This document shows positions 29,433 to 40,633 of a DNA stretch of 64,000 bases, in pieces. The notes under the pieces are model-generated. The model saw nothing but the letters and a program-made list of their open reading frames with translations. It did no database searches and was not told the origin of the DNA. A program made the translations under genes and the position numbers. Each line of letters begins with the position of its first letter. Position 1 is the stretch's first letter. The stretch is from Vulcanimicrobiota bacterium. Its GTDB lineage: Bacteria; Vulcanimicrobiota; Vulcanimicrobiia; Vulcanimicrobiales; Vulcanimicrobiaceae. The DNA is taken from NCBI GenBank assembly GCA_963714015.1, contig OY970223.1, positions 3,264,001 through 3,328,000 of the forward strand, read 5' to 3'.

Positions 29433-30325
29433 CGGTTCGGCGCTCCACTACGGTTTGCGCGATTCTCGCCGCAGCGCTCGCCTCATGCGGGGGCGCCGCT
29501 GACCCGGTCATCGCAACCGTCAACGGGCAAAGCATTACGCGCGCGCAGCTCGACCGCCGGATTGAATCGACCCCTGCTGCCCGTGGCGCCGCGCAACAAA
29601 TCGTCTTGAACGATCTTCTTGAACAGTACGCCGCCTCTCATCGCATTTTCGTCACTCCGAGTGACATCGAGAGCTGGAAGATCGCTACAAAGCGCAATAT
29701 TCCGGCGATCAATGGAATGAGATGCTGAAAGGCCGGGGCTTGACGGAAGCCGACGTGCGCGAATCGTTGCGCGAACAAGTCATTGTCGACAAGGCACTGA
29801 GTTCGAAGATCGCTCCGATTTCGCCAAAGCAAGTATCCGCCTACTTTGCCGCAAACCGCGCGCAATTCGATCGTCCCGCCGAGGTGCGGTCCCGTCACAT
29901 TCTCGTGCCCGACCTCCAGACCGCACGCAGTGTCTTGGCACAGACTGAAGGGCGGCGCCGATTTCGCGGCGCTCGCCAAAAAGTATTCGACTGACCCGGG
30001 CAGCCGCGATAAGGGCGGCGAGCTGGGATGGTTTCGCAAGGGCGGCCTCACCGCCGCATTTGAAGCCTACGCGTTTGCGGCGCCAATCGGAAAAACTAGT
30101 CCACCAATTCGCTCGCCGTTCGGCTACCACATCATTCAAGTGGAAGAACGCAAACCCGCACGGCGCGCCACCCTTGCGGAAGTGCGAGCGCAAATCGTGC
30201 AGGCACTACGCGAGCAGAGTGAAGGACCGTTAGCGCAGCCGTTTCTCGCGAGCCTGCAGCGTAGCGCAAAAATTGAAGTCAGTGACGCGCGCTTCGCCGA
30301 TCTGTTCTCGGCGACTTCGCGTTGA
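29429..30325 (+). CDS. PrsA/parvulin PPIase lipoprotein (two apparent frameshifts, ~29680 and ~29942)
   Basis: Lipobox 'LASC', 'IATVNGQSIT', 'VRSRHILV', 'FAALAKKYSTDPGS..GGELGWF', 'SPFGYHIIQV'. Confidence 0.85.
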
Positions 30326-30447
30326 TTGTCATCCGGCGCGCCATGGGCAAAGCTGTGGATAACTAACGTGTAAACGAGGACGCCGGTAAATCTCCATAGA
30401 AGGCCTTTGCGCCGGGATTGCTGCATACGTGTGGAGATTCGACGAGG

Positions 30448-33241
30448 GTGCGAAGATTTTTACTTTCGGTCGCTGCCGCGTTTTCAATTCTTTTTGCCTG
30501 CGGCTTATCCGCGCCGGCGTTTGCTCAGGGTACCGCTACTGTTGCGGGAACAACCGCTGATGAATCCGGCGCCCCAATTGCAAACGTTACGGTCGTTTTA
30601 AAAGGACCTTCGACGCTCACCACGACGAGCACGGCGAACGGTTCGTTCAGCTTTTCGAACGTGACGCCGGGGATTTATATCCTGTCGGCAGCTAAGCCCG
30701 GCTACACCACTGCCGTGCAAAACGACATCACCGTGTTGTCGGGACAAACCACGAATCTCGCGATCCGCATGGGCGCAGCGACGTTTTCGTCGTTGCGTAC
30801 CATTGCGAGCGTTCGGACAACAGGCGCCGGCCTGAACACCAACGCGGCTTCGATAAACGTCGTCAACACCCAAACGTTCGTCGATCAAGCGCAGCCGCAA
30901 GTCACGCGCGTACTCAGCCAAGTGCCGGGCTTGCAAATTTCTTTCCCATCGACATCTACGAACGCAGCCTCGCCCGGCTCAATCACCGTGCCGAATATTC
31001 GTGCTGCCACGTCATACGAGACCGCCTCGCTGATCGACGGACATCCCATATCGGTCGGACAGTACGGCGACAACGTAACGACGTTCCTCAATGCTTTCAT
31101 GTTCGGAAGCGTGGAGGTCATAAAGGGGCCCGGCGCCGACGCACCCGAGGTCAACAACGCCATCGGCGGCACGACGAACTTCCGCACGAAGGATCCGACT
31201 CTTACACCGGCGGCGCAAATGCTGTTCGGCGTGGACAACCGCGGCGGAACGCTCAGCAATTTCAGTTTCTCCGATACGATCGGGCGCTTGGGCTTCGTCG
31301 TCGACGTCGCGACCGACAACAATCCGTCGGCACTAAGCGGAAAGCAAGTGTACTTCGATCCGAGCGGCGGCTTCCTGAGCGGCGGCAAACTGCAAGGCAA
31401 CGAGACGAGCTCGAACGTCGGAGGCACGAGCAGCAACATCACGACCGGATACCCACTCGTCGCGTGCTGCGTCACGCTATACGGAAATCTCGATCAGACG
31501 GCCGAACTGGTGAAGCTGCGCTATAAAGTCTCGCCGGTAACGTCGATGACGGTGAGCTGACCTCGGCGGTCAGTCGTGGAGCGACCAGAACGGCAACACC
31601 TCCGACTTCACGAACGCACAGTTTACACCGGGTTCCGGCTACGCCGGTTCGCTCCCGGCGGGCCCAATTCAAGTCGCGAGCGTCGTTGCGGGAGCGTTCA
31701 GCGGCGAATTCAACAACGAGCCGATCTTCCAGGCGGAAGCTTCGTCAACGCTAGGGGCCGGCTCCGTACTTGCGCGCTACTATCAAGCGACGATTAGCCG
31801 GTATCAATTTCAAGGCGGCAATGCCAGCGGATACGACAACAACGTCATCACCCTCTACGGCACTTCGTCGAGTCCCGGAGTGAATCAAACGTTCAACGGA
31901 ATCCGCACTTCGACCGCATTTGCCGACTACTATCAGGAGCCCGAACTCGACAAGCTGTCCGGCGAGTCGTTCGAATATCAGCATCCGCTCGGAACGAACG
32001 ACCTGCTGACGTTCTCGGCCGAGGGAACGTCCGCCCAGAGCACCGACTATTCGATCTTCTCGGGAAACTCCTATTCGTTCAATCTGCCGCCGGGCACGAC
32101 GCAGCAGCTCTGGACCTATCTCCTTCGCGGACACTTTTACTTCGGATCGAAGCTCGAGACGACCGTAAGCAACTACTTCAACACCTACCGCAGCACGTAT
32201 CCGATCAACTGCGTCGGAGGCAACTGCAACACGCAGGCGGCTTCCCAGTTCGGCACCGGTGTGGTATTCGATACCACGAACAACACGCACGACGATCCGC
32301 GCCTTGCCTTCGTGTACCGCCCGAATCCTTCGTCTTCATTGCGTTTCTCGCTGGGGAGTTCGATTGCGCCGCCGTTTTTGGGTCTGCTCAATCAGATCAC
32401 CTCGACGCCGAGTTACGATGCGAGCAATCACGTCGCAACCGAAGGGCAGAGCAACGGTAATTTGAAGCCTGAGACGGGCTTTGGCTACGACTTGGGCGCC
32501 GACGTTCGCGTGCACGATCCGGTCACGATTGCCTCCGGCGACGTCTATCTCACGAATCTGTACAACCGCTTCTTCGCACAGACCATCGATACGGGGCTGG
32601 TTTGCGGCGCTGCAAACCCCTGCAGCGGCGGCGCGCCTGCCGGAACCCCGATCCTCAATCAGACCAATGATAACATCAGCAACGCGCGGTTCGAAGGTAT
32701 CGAACTCTCCCTGCGCCGCACGCCGGAGTTCGGGTTCGGCTTCAATCTCTCGGGCGCGCTGCAAAAAGGCTACTACTACAATCTGCCGCCCTACTTCTAT
32801 TGCGCCGTTCCGGGACCGGGATGCACGCCGGATCAAAACTTGAACATCATTGCCGGACAAAATACGAACGGCGACGGCATCGGGGTCGGCGGCCTTTCCT
32901 ACAACGGCAACATGCGGATTCCGTATTCGCAGGGCAATGCGGAATTCTCTTATACGTTCCGGAACGGCGCGTTTGCCCAGTTCGGCGATACGTATTACGG
33001 GTTCAACAACTCGCTGAACGAACCGGCTTTCGGCATCGCGTATGCGACGCTGCGCTACCCTATTACCACGATGCTGCAGCTGCAGATCTCCGGTGACAAC
33101 ATCTTCAATGCATATCCCGGATATCTGCCGATCTACGGCGGCGGCGTAGCCATTCCGCTGTACGGTGGACAGACCGCGGCGACCGTGGCGAACGTGCTCG
33201 GGCCGGCCACGTGGAGAATCGTTCTTTCGACGCGGCCCTAA
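30448..33241 (+). CDS. TonB-dependent receptor with carboxypeptidase-regulatory N-domain (+1 indel at ~31559)
   Basis: Signal peptide, 'GAPIANVTVVL', plug 'LIDGHPI..VEVIKGPG..AIGGTTNFRT', 'NLKPETG..DLGAD'; removing one base (AGCTGACCTC to AGCTACCTC) gives a continuous frame into the 31880 ORF. Confidence 0.88.
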
Positions 33242-33606
33242 CGAACGCTCAAGAGATCCGCGGCAACGAGCGCACCGATTGCCGCGACGAGCGCGGCGCC
33301 CACGTACGCCACGTTGGGCCGCAGCGAAGACACGCGCCCTTCCCGAAGCGCTTTTTCGGCTGCCGCGTAACGGAGCGCGCCGACAACGGCCACCATTGCT
33401 CCCAATATTGCCATTGCCGTGCCGAAAATTCCCGAGTCGCCCGCACGCGGTACGCGAATGTGCGTCACCGCGGCGATTTCGCGTGAGAATAACGCAAAGC
33501 GGGCAATCACGAATCCGAACGCAACGAAAGCCAGCGCGGTGCGGACGTATGCCAGATACGTTCGCTCGTTGGCAAGAACGTCCGTGGCCTTCAGCTGCTC
33601 GGTCAC
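33238..33606 (-). CDS. YidH/DUF202 membrane protein
   Basis: 'LANERTYLAYVRTALAFVAFGFVIARF'. Confidence 0.88.
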   Translation of the reverse strand: MTEQLKATDVLANERTYLAYVRTALAFVAFGFVIARFALFSREIAAVTHIRVPRAGDSGIFGTAMAILGAMVAVVGALRYAAAEKALREGRVSSLRPNVAYVGAALVAAIGALVAADLLSVR

Positions 33607-34517
33607 GGAGTCGACTGGGCGCAGAGCGTTTGCTGCGATTTCATCGCGCTGGAATCCGCCTTCTCGCTGGACGGATGCATATACATCAGCATGTACAAGC
33701 CCGCAGTACCTTGCGTCGCCGCTATGTGCATGTCGAGCGGCATCGACGGTACGTTCATGTGCATCGTGACAAAGAGCGCGGGCCGGCCGCAAAGCGATCC
33801 TCGCTTTTGCTCGCTTATGCTCAGGACCGAATGCGCGACGGTGACTTGGCCGGGCGGTTTGGCAGCCGCGAGCGCCTGCTGCAGTGACGCGGTCTTGGGA
33901 CCTTCCATCAGAACCATCATCTGCATCGGCTGCAATCCCAGCCAAACTCCACGCTGCTCGAACCCGTTTGCCGGCGAGCTTTTCCAATTCGGCGGAATCG
34001 GCAGTGCCGCAATCTGACCGTTCTTTCCCGGACAGAATCCCGACATCACGTTTTCGATCGCGGAATCGGCAGGCGAGTCTTCCGGGCGCGAGTACACGAG
34101 CATGTACGTGTAGCCGTCGCGACTACCTTGCTCCGTTTCGATAGTCGACGTTTTTCCCGCAATAGTCGCATGCATCGATATACGGCTCGCAGGCAACCCG
34201 CAGAGCACGATTTTCTTAGTAGCGGCCGCTGCGGAAGTATTGGGCATACTCGGAATCGGAAGCTCGATCTCCGAAAATGACTCCGTTTTATTTCCCGGCG
34301 CGGATCGCGTCCACGAATTTTTCACCTGCGTTCGCAGTGCTGCCGGCATTTGAGTCCAGCCGGCGGGCGGCGTGAAAGGCAGCGGTTCGGCCGGCGCCGC
34401 CGGTGTTGCCGAAACAACAGGCGCCGCCGAAACAGCCGGAGCCGGTGAAACGGCCGGAGAAGGTGTCGCTGAAGGCACCGCCGTCGCAGCCGCTAGCGCA
34501 AGCGCAAATAACGTCAT
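33603..34517 (-). CDS. Secreted protein with two tandem PsbP/DcrB-like domains
   Basis: Signal + Pro/Ala linker; duplicated 'PxxW..LCGxPA..YMLxY..P..ADS..C' units. Confidence 0.65.
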   Translation of the reverse strand: MTLFALALAAATAVPSATPSPAVSPAPAVSAAPVVSATPAAPAEPLPFTPPAGWTQMPAALRTQVKNSWTRSAPGNKTESFSEIELPIPSMPNTSAAAATKKIVLCGLPASRISMHATIAGKTSTIETEQGSRDGYTYMLVYSRPEDSPADSAIENVMSGFCPGKNGQIAALPIPPNWKSSPANGFEQRGVWLGLQPMQMMVLMEGPKTASLQQALAAAKPPGQVTVAHSVLSISEQKRGSLCGRPALFVTMHMNVPSMPLDMHIAATQGTAGLYMLMYMHPSSEKADSSAMKSQQTLCAQSTP

Positions 34518-35719
34518 CGTGCAACTCCCTCGAGCAGACCCACTTCCTTGCCGACCGTTTCAAAGGCGGAAAGCGCGCGGTCCATCTCTGCTTTCGTCAG
34601 TTTGGCGCTGATCTGCACGCGAATGCGCGCCGTGCCTTCCGGAACGACCGGAAAGCCGAAGCCCGTTACGAAGATCCCGCGCTCCAGCAACTTGTTGCTC
34701 ATCGAAATGGCGAAGGCCGTATCGCCTACGATAATCGGCACGATCGCGCTCTCGCCCTCGAGCGGCTTGAAACCCAGCCGCTTCAGGCCTTCGCGGAAAT
34801 ATGCGACGTTCTCGCGCAGTTGCTCAGCAAGTTCCGGATGCTCGTCCAGATAGTCGATCGCAGCGAGTGCACTCGCCGCTACCGTCGCCGGCAGCGCGTT
34901 CGAAAATAACTGAGGGCGCGATTTTTGAATCAGCGTGTCGATAAGCGCGTGGCTGCCCGCAACAAAGCCGCCCGCCGCTCCGCCGAGCGCTTTGCCCAGC
35001 GTGCCGGTGATGATGTCGATTTGGCCGTCCAGATCGAAGTACTCGATGGTACCCCGCCCGGTCTTGCCCATGACGCCGGTCCCATGCGAGTCGTCGACGA
35101 CGGTAACCGCTCCGTACTTCTTAGCGAGTTCCGCGATTTGCGGAAGCTTGGCAAGGCTGCCTTCCATCGAAAAGACGCCGTCGGTGACGATCACGATCGG
35201 CGCGCTGCCCTGCACGGCCTTGAGTTTCTCCTCGAGATCGCGCATGTCGCCGTGCTTATAGCGTTCGCGTCGCGACTTCGAGGCCAAACGGCAGCCGTCG
35301 ATGATGGAGGCATGGTTCAGCTCGTCGGAGACGATCGCCGACCCGTCCTCGCAAATCACGGGAAAGAGTCCGGTGTTCGCGTTCCAGCACGAGACGTACG
35401 TAAGCGAAGCTTCCGTGCGCAGGAATTGCGCTATGCGATCTTCCAGCGTGCGGTGGATGTCGAACGTACCGCAGATGAACCGCACGGATGCGGTCCCGGC
35501 GCCGTACTTGTCCAACGCGCGCTTACCGGCTTCGATGACCGAAGGTTCGTCCGAGAGCCCCAGATAGTTGTTGCTCGAGAGCACCAGCACGTCGCCCGCT
35601 TCTTCCATATGAACTTCGGGCGCCATCGGCGTCGTGAGATGCCGCAGCGACTTGTACGTTCCGGCCGCCTTGAGTTTTTCGATGTCCGCTTGCAGTTTCT
35701 GTTCGAACGTGGAGTTCAC
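34514..35719 (-). CDS. kbl: Glycine C-acetyltransferase
   Basis: 'SSNNYLGL', 'SVRFICGT', 'DELNHASIIDG', 'TDGVFSMEG', 'GTLGKALGGA'; next to tdh. Confidence 0.95.
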   Translation of the reverse strand: MNSTFEQKLQADIEKLKAAGTYKSLRHLTTPMAPEVHMEEAGDVLVLSSNNYLGLSDEPSVIEAGKRALDKYGAGTASVRFICGTFDIHRTLEDRIAQFLRTEASLTYVSCWNANTGLFPVICEDGSAIVSDELNHASIIDGCRLASKSRRERYKHGDMRDLEEKLKAVQGSAPIVIVTDGVFSMEGSLAKLPQIAELAKKYGAVTVVDDSHGTGVMGKTGRGTIEYFDLDGQIDIITGTLGKALGGAAGGFVAGSHALIDTLIQKSRPQLFSNALPATVAASALAAIDYLDEHPELAEQLRENVAYFREGLKRLGFKPLEGESAIVPIIVGDTAFAISMSNKLLERGIFVTGFGFPVVPEGTARIRVQISAKLTKAEMDRALSAFETVGKEVGLLEGVAR

Positions 35720-36759
35720 GCAAGATCCCCTTTCAAGTCCAGCACGATCTTCGCGGCATCGCCGCCGTGCATCAATTCGAATGCGCGATCGAATTCTTCG
35801 AAAGGAAGCACGTGAGTGATAATCGGTCGTAAATCGACGCGACCGCTGCGCACGAGCGCCTGCGTTTGATACCAAGTCTCGAACATGCGGCGGCCGTTGA
35901 TTCCGAGCACGGTCAGTCCTTTGAAGATGATGCGTTCGGCTAAATTGATGTTCACGTTGTCGCTCGGAATGCCGAGCAGCGCGGCGCGTCCGCCGTTGCG
36001 CACCATGCGTAAGCCGTTGTCGATTGCCGCTCCGCTGCCGGACATCTCCAGCAGAACGTCGACGCCGTCACCGCCGGTGCGCTCGACAATCTCGCCGACG
36101 TGATTCGGATCCAAAGCGGAGAAGGTTTCATCCGCGCCGAGCTTCTTGGCGAGCTTCAACTTCGCGGGGTTGACGTCGACGGCATACACGGCCGAAGCTC
36201 CGGCTGCGCGCGCTACCGGAATCGCCATGAGCCCGATCGATCCGACGCCGGTTATGACGACCGACTTCGCGCTCACGCCGGCTGCCATCACCGTGTGCAC
36301 CGCATTGCCGAGCGGATCGAAGATTGCAGCAAACTCGTCGGGGATTGCCGGGTCGAGTTTCCAAACGTTCTGCTGCGGCATCACGATGTAATCGGCGAAG
36401 GCACCGTCCCGATCGACGCCGATGATCTCGACTTTCTCGCAGATATGCTCCTCGCCGATGCGGCACAGGTAACACGTGCCGTCCGCGATGTGGCCTTCAG
36501 CCGAAACGCGGTCGCCCACCTTGTAGATCGCAACTGCGGAACCGACGGCGGCAACCGTTCCCATGAACTCGTGCCCGATGGTCAGCGCAGGATGAATCCG
36601 GTTCTGCGCCCACTTGTCCCACTCGTAAATATGCGCGTCGGTTCCGCAGACGCCGGCTTTTTCGACGCGGATCAGCACGTCGGAGGGGCCAACTGCGGGA
36701 ACCGGCACTTCCGCCAGTACAAAGCCGGGTTGCGGCTTCGTCTTGCGAAGCGCTCGCAT
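35716..36759 (-). CDS. tdh: L-threonine 3-dehydrogenase
   Basis: 'CGTDAHIYEWDKWA', 'GHEFMG', 'VSAEGHI', 'DPLGNAVHT', 'GRRMFETWY'. Confidence 0.95.
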   Translation of the reverse strand: MRALRKTKPQPGFVLAEVPVPAVGPSDVLIRVEKAGVCGTDAHIYEWDKWAQNRIHPALTIGHEFMGTVAAVGSAVAIYKVGDRVSAEGHIADGTCYLCRIGEEHICEKVEIIGVDRDGAFADYIVMPQQNVWKLDPAIPDEFAAIFDPLGNAVHTVMAAGVSAKSVVITGVGSIGLMAIPVARAAGASAVYAVDVNPAKLKLAKKLGADETFSALDPNHVGEIVERTGGDGVDVLLEMSGSGAAIDNGLRMVRNGGRAALLGIPSDNVNINLAERIIFKGLTVLGINGRRMFETWYQTQALVRSGRVDLRPIITHVLPFEEFDRAFELMHGGDAAKIVLDLKGDLA

Positions 36760-36869
36760 GGTCGAGGGGAGTTCCGCTAACATAACGGGCCGGTCTATTC
36801 GCGACGGGCCCGTCATGCTCATGCGCCCCCGGGCCGGCTCGGGACGCCAGTTAGGATGCTGAGTTCGCG

Positions 36870-37673
36870 CTATCCGAAGCGTCCCGTGATGTAGTCTTCG
36901 GTGCGTTTGTCTCGCGGCTTCAAAAAGATGTCGCTCGTATCTCCGATCTCGATGAGCTCGCCCATCAAGAAGAATGCCGTGTGATCCGAAATGCGCGCCG
37001 CTTGCTGCATCGAGTGCGTCACGATGACGACGGTGTACTGGGCCTTGAGCATCGAGATCAGATCTTCAATTTTGCTCGTAGCGATCGGATCGAGTGCCGA
37101 TGCCGGCTCGTCCATCAGGATCACTTCGGGTTCGACCGCAAGCACGCGCGCGATGCAGAGCCGCTGCTGCTGACCGCCGGAGAGTTCCAGTGCGGAGCTG
37201 CCCAGGCGATCCTTTACCTCGTCCCAAAGCGCCGCGCTGCGCAAGCTGCGTTCTCCGATCTCCATCAGCTTCGCGCGGTTGCGCTCGCCGTGGATCCGCG
37301 GTCCGTAGACGACGTTTTCAAAGATCGACTTCGGGAAGGGGTTTGGACGCTGGAATACCATGCCGACGCGATGGCGGATCGCAGTGGGATCTATTGCCGG
37401 CGCGTAAATGTCCTCACCGTCGAGCGTAACTTTACCTTCGACTCGCACGCCGGGCGTAAGATCGTGCATGCGATTCAGCGCTCTAAGAAACGTCGACTTG
37501 CCGCATCCCGACGGACCAATCAGCGCCATGACCAGGTTTTGCGGAACCTGAAGCGACGCGTTTTTAATTGCATGGAAATTGCCGTAATAGACGTTCAGAT
37601 CGTCGATGCAGACTTTGACGACAGGATCGGGTTGAGCAGCTGCATCCACAGGCGCGGACATCATGACGTCCAT
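36870..37673 (-). CDS. pstB: Phosphate ABC transporter ATPase
   Basis: '[19 protein letters not shown]', '[12 protein letters not shown]', '[13 protein letters not shown]', '[10 protein letters not shown]'. Confidence 0.96.
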   Translation of the reverse strand: MDVMMSAPVDAAAQPDPVVKVCIDDLNVYYGNFHAIKNASLQVPQNLVMALIGPSGCGKSTFLRALNRMHDLTPGVRVEGKVTLDGEDIYAPAIDPTAIRHRVGMVFQRPNPFPKSIFENVVYGPRIHGERNRAKLMEIGERSLRSAALWDEVKDRLGSSALELSGGQQQRLCIARVLAVEPEVILMDEPASALDPIATSKIEDLISMLKAQYTVVIVTHSMQQAARISDHTAFFLMGELIEIGDTSDIFLKPRDKRTEDYITGRFG

Positions 37674-37712
37674 TTTCCCTGATTTTTGGCGCCCGGCGGA
37701 CCCGCCCTGCGA

Positions 37713-37731
37713 TAGATTAAGGAACATTAAG
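37713..37731 (-). promoter_or_regulatory. Pho-box-like direct repeat
   Basis: Minus strand CTTAATGT-TC-CTTAATCT between phoR and pstB (10-bp period). Confidence 0.45.
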
Positions 37732-37740
37732 TTCAACTCC

Positions 37741-38940
37741 TCACGGTTCTACCGCGATCATCGGGATGCGCACGGTAAATTGCGTTCCGGCGCCGAGCGT
37801 GGATTCGACGCTCGCGTCGCCGTGATGTGCTTCGGCGATCTCCTTGACGATGGAAAGTCCCAGCCCGGCGCCGCCGAACCCGCGCGCCCGCGAACGATCG
37901 ACGACGTAGAAGCGCTCGAAAACGTAGGGGATGTCTTTGTACGGGATGCCGATTCCCGTGTCGGCGACGCGGATAAGCGCATAGCCGCCCTCGACGTCGA
38001 GCGTGGCCGTCACGGTGCCGCCTTCCGGCGTGTAACGCAGCGCGTTGTCGATCAGGTTCACAAAGATCTGTGCGAGGCGATGCTGGTCGGCTTCGACGAT
38101 GGCGGGACGGAGCGGTCGCAGTTCCAAATGGACGCTCTTGGCTGCGGCTTGCGGTTCGAACGACTGAACGATCGGGCGCGCGATCTCTTCGAGATCGATC
38201 TCACGTATGTCCAGGACCATCTTGCCCGACTCTACGCGCGCCTGCTCCAAGAGCCGTTGCACCAGCGTCGCCAGGCGATCGACTTGCGCGAGCGCTTGCG
38301 GAAGAAAGAGCCCTTGCGCCTCGTCATCGCCGGACTCCACCACGGTCTCGAGCATCAATTTGATCGACGAGAGCGGCGTGCGCAGTTCGTGCGAAACGTT
38401 GGTCAGAAACTCTTGCCTGGCGCGCTCCAGCGCCAAAAGCTCGGTCTGATCCTCTGCAAGCACCAGCACGCCGGAGATGCTCGCGTTTTCGCTCTCTTCC
38501 AGGCCGACGCTGCGAGCCAGCGGATATACCGACACGGCGTAGCTGCGATTGACGCTCTTGCCGCTGATGATCATGGGCGTGCCGAAACGCTCGCCGCGCA
38601 ATGCTGCTGCAGCGCGCGCTTCCAGCTCGATCAGCGGCGCGGCGACGATGATGTGTTTGCCGCGGATCCGCGATCGCTCGAAGCCGAAGATCGCCGCCGC
38701 GGCGCGGTTGGCAAACCGCACGCGCAGCGTCGCATCCAGCATGATGACGCCGAGCGGCAGCGCGCGAACCAGCGCGTCGAAACGTTCGTCGGAGGGGCGT
38801 TCGCGCTCGTGTTCGGGCTGATCGCGTTCGGCCGGACTAGTGCCGCTGCGGGCGGCCCGCGATGCAAAGCGCGCGCGCAGCGCAAAACCTGCGGCGGCGC
38901 CTCCGGCAAACGTGCACAGCGCGACGATCTCCGGATTCAT
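37741..38940 (-). CDS. phoR: PAS sensor histidine kinase (PhoR-like)
   Basis: One N-terminal TM, PAS, '[13 protein letters not shown]', '[10 protein letters not shown]', '[23 protein letters not shown]'. Confidence 0.85.
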   Translation of the reverse strand: MNPEIVALCTFAGGAAAGFALRARFASRAARSGTSPAERDQPEHERERPSDERFDALVRALPLGVIMLDATLRVRFANRAAAAIFGFERSRIRGKHIIVAAPLIELEARAAAALRGERFGTPMIISGKSVNRSYAVSVYPLARSVGLEESENASISGVLVLAEDQTELLALERARQEFLTNVSHELRTPLSSIKLMLETVVESGDDEAQGLFLPQALAQVDRLATLVQRLLEQARVESGKMVLDIREIDLEEIARPIVQSFEPQAAAKSVHLELRPLRPAIVEADQHRLAQIFVNLIDNALRYTPEGGTVTATLDVEGGYALIRVADTGIGIPYKDIPYVFERFYVVDRSRARGFGGAGLGLSIVKEIAEAHHGDASVESTLGAGTQFTVRIPMIAVEP

Positions 38941-38952
38941 GGAGCGTCACGG

Positions 38953-39690
38953 CTACTCTTTGAACATATAGCCGCGGCTTCGGACGGTGATGATGTGCCG
39001 CGGATTGCGCGAATCTTCTTCGATTTTTTCACGCAGCCAGCGGATGTGCACGCTGACCGTCTGTTGCTCGCCTTCGAAATCGTATCCCCACACTTTGTCG
39101 AGCAGCGTTTGCCGTGTCACGACGCGCCCGCAATTTTCCATGAGCACCCGCAGCAGCGCAAACTCTTTTGGAGCCAGCGAGACGTCTTTGCCGCGCACCG
39201 TCAAATGCTGGCGCGACGGATCGAGCACGATTCCGCCGAGCGAGAGTGCCTGATTGCGATCCGGCGCTGTCAGCGGCGCGGGCCGGCGCAGACGCGCTTT
39301 CACGCGGGCAAGAAATTCGTGCAGCGCAAACGGCTTGGTCACGTAGTCGTCGGCGCCGAGTTCGAGCGCAAGAACCTTGTCGATCTCCTGATCCTTAGCG
39401 GTGAGCATGATGATCGGTACCGAGCTGTTCTTGCGGATTTCCTTACATGCTTCGACGCCGTCCAGCACCGGAAGCATGATATCCAGGATCACCAAATCGG
39501 GCTGCTCTCGTGCCGCCATCGCCACCGCGCTGCGTCCGTCGCCGGCCGTCACGACCGTGTAGCCGCTGCGCTCCAGGTTATAGCGCAGCGTCTGCAAGAT
39601 CGCCGCCTCGTCGTCGACGACGAGGATCTTCTTGTTGAAGTCGGGGTGTTTGTTGAAGCTCCCCCGTTTAGTCTCCAGCGACGTGCTCAT
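38953..39690 (-). CDS. OmpR-family response regulator (PhoB/PhoP-like)
   Basis: 'ILVVDDE', 'LDIMLP', 'GADDYVTKPF', 'VWGYDF..TVSVHIRWLREKIE'. Confidence 0.9.
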   Translation of the reverse strand: MSTSLETKRGSFNKHPDFNKKILVVDDEAAILQTLRYNLERSGYTVVTAGDGRSAVAMAAREQPDLVILDIMLPVLDGVEACKEIRKNSSVPIIMLTAKDQEIDKVLALELGADDYVTKPFALHEFLARVKARLRRPAPLTAPDRNQALSLGGIVLDPSRQHLTVRGKDVSLAPKEFALLRVLMENCGRVVTRQTLLDKVWGYDFEGEQQTVSVHIRWLREKIEEDSRNPRHIITVRSRGYMFKE

Positions 39691-40552
39691 AGAACTTCGC
39701 GACGGCGCTATAGTCCAGCGCTCCGTCGCCTTCTGCGGATCTGAGTGTGTAAAGTTGGTACGCAAATGCGGATGCCGGCATAGGCATCTTCATTTCGCGG
39801 GCAGCGTCCAACGCCGCTGCCAAGTCCTTTCGCAGTAGGTCCAGCGCGAAGCCTCCTTCATACGTCCCGGCAAACCATGTTTTGGGCAGCCACTGCTCGA
39901 GCAGGTAATTCGACGCCGTTGCGGTGGACAAGACCTTACGAACTGCTTCGACGTCCGCTCCGGCCTTCTTCGCGAACGTCAACGCCTCCACGTCTGCTAT
40001 CATGACGCTCGAAATGATCAGTTGATTCACCAGCTTCACGGTCTCGCCGAGGCCAACAGGTCCCAGGTGATGCGGCGTCCCCATCGCTTCGAGCACCGGC
40101 TTTGCGTCCTCGAAATCTTGCGCAGATGCGCCCGCCATAATCGTCAGCGTGCCGCTTTGCGCCCGTACGGGGCCGCCGCTCACCGGCGCGTCGACAAAGC
40201 GCAGTCCCTTCTCGTTCAGGCGCTGCGCGAACCGGCGCGATGCCACCGGCGAAATCGTCGACATGTCGATGAACAGCGTGCCCGGGGCCGCTCCCAGGGA
40301 GGCGCCGTCGGGGCCGAAGAGCGCTTCTTCCACCTGAGGGGAGTCCGGGACGCAGGTAATAAGGATGTCGCTCTGCTCGGCGACCGCGCGCGGACCCGCC
40401 GCTTCGCTCACGCCCTCAGAAAGCACGCGCTCGAGCCGCTCCCGATTGCGGTGTGCGGTCGCCGTCACGGCGAAGCCGGCGCGACGCAGGGAAAGAATCA
40501 TCGGCTCCCCCATGGCGCCGACTCCGACAAATCCGATACGAGGGGAGGTCAC
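39668..40552 (-). CDS. NAD(P)-dependent beta-hydroxyacid dehydrogenase
   Basis: 'IGFVGVGAMG', 'DMSTISP', 'DAPVSGG', 'KLVNQ', 'KDL'. Confidence 0.9.
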   Translation of the reverse strand: MTSPRIGFVGVGAMGEPMILSLRRAGFAVTATAHRNRERLERVLSEGVSEAAGPRAVAEQSDILITCVPDSPQVEEALFGPDGASLGAAPGTLFIDMSTISPVASRRFAQRLNEKGLRFVDAPVSGGPVRAQSGTLTIMAGASAQDFEDAKPVLEAMGTPHHLGPVGLGETVKLVNQLIISSVMIADVEALTFAKKAGADVEAVRKVLSTATASNYLLEQWLPKTWFAGTYEGGFALDLLRKDLAAALDAAREMKMPMPASAFAYQLYTLRSAEGDGALDYSAVAKFYEHVAGD

Positions 40553-40633
40553 GGGCGCGTCCTTATCCGCAAGGAGCCCGCGCCCCTCGGAGTGTCAGCT
40601 TCGCCGGACACCCCACACGAGGAGACTGATACG

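Noticed and set aside
30354..30362. Replication origin (perfect DnaA box TGTGGATAA)
   Set aside because: Single box, no cluster, no AT-rich unwinding element, no dnaA/dnaN
31555..31565. Selenocysteine or programmed recoding at the TGA in the TonB receptor
   Set aside because: Continuation is in another frame and one deletion restores S-Y-L-G; fits the window-wide indel pattern
37663..39744. 693-aa + strand ORF
   Set aside because: Antisense to the clear phoB/phoR genes
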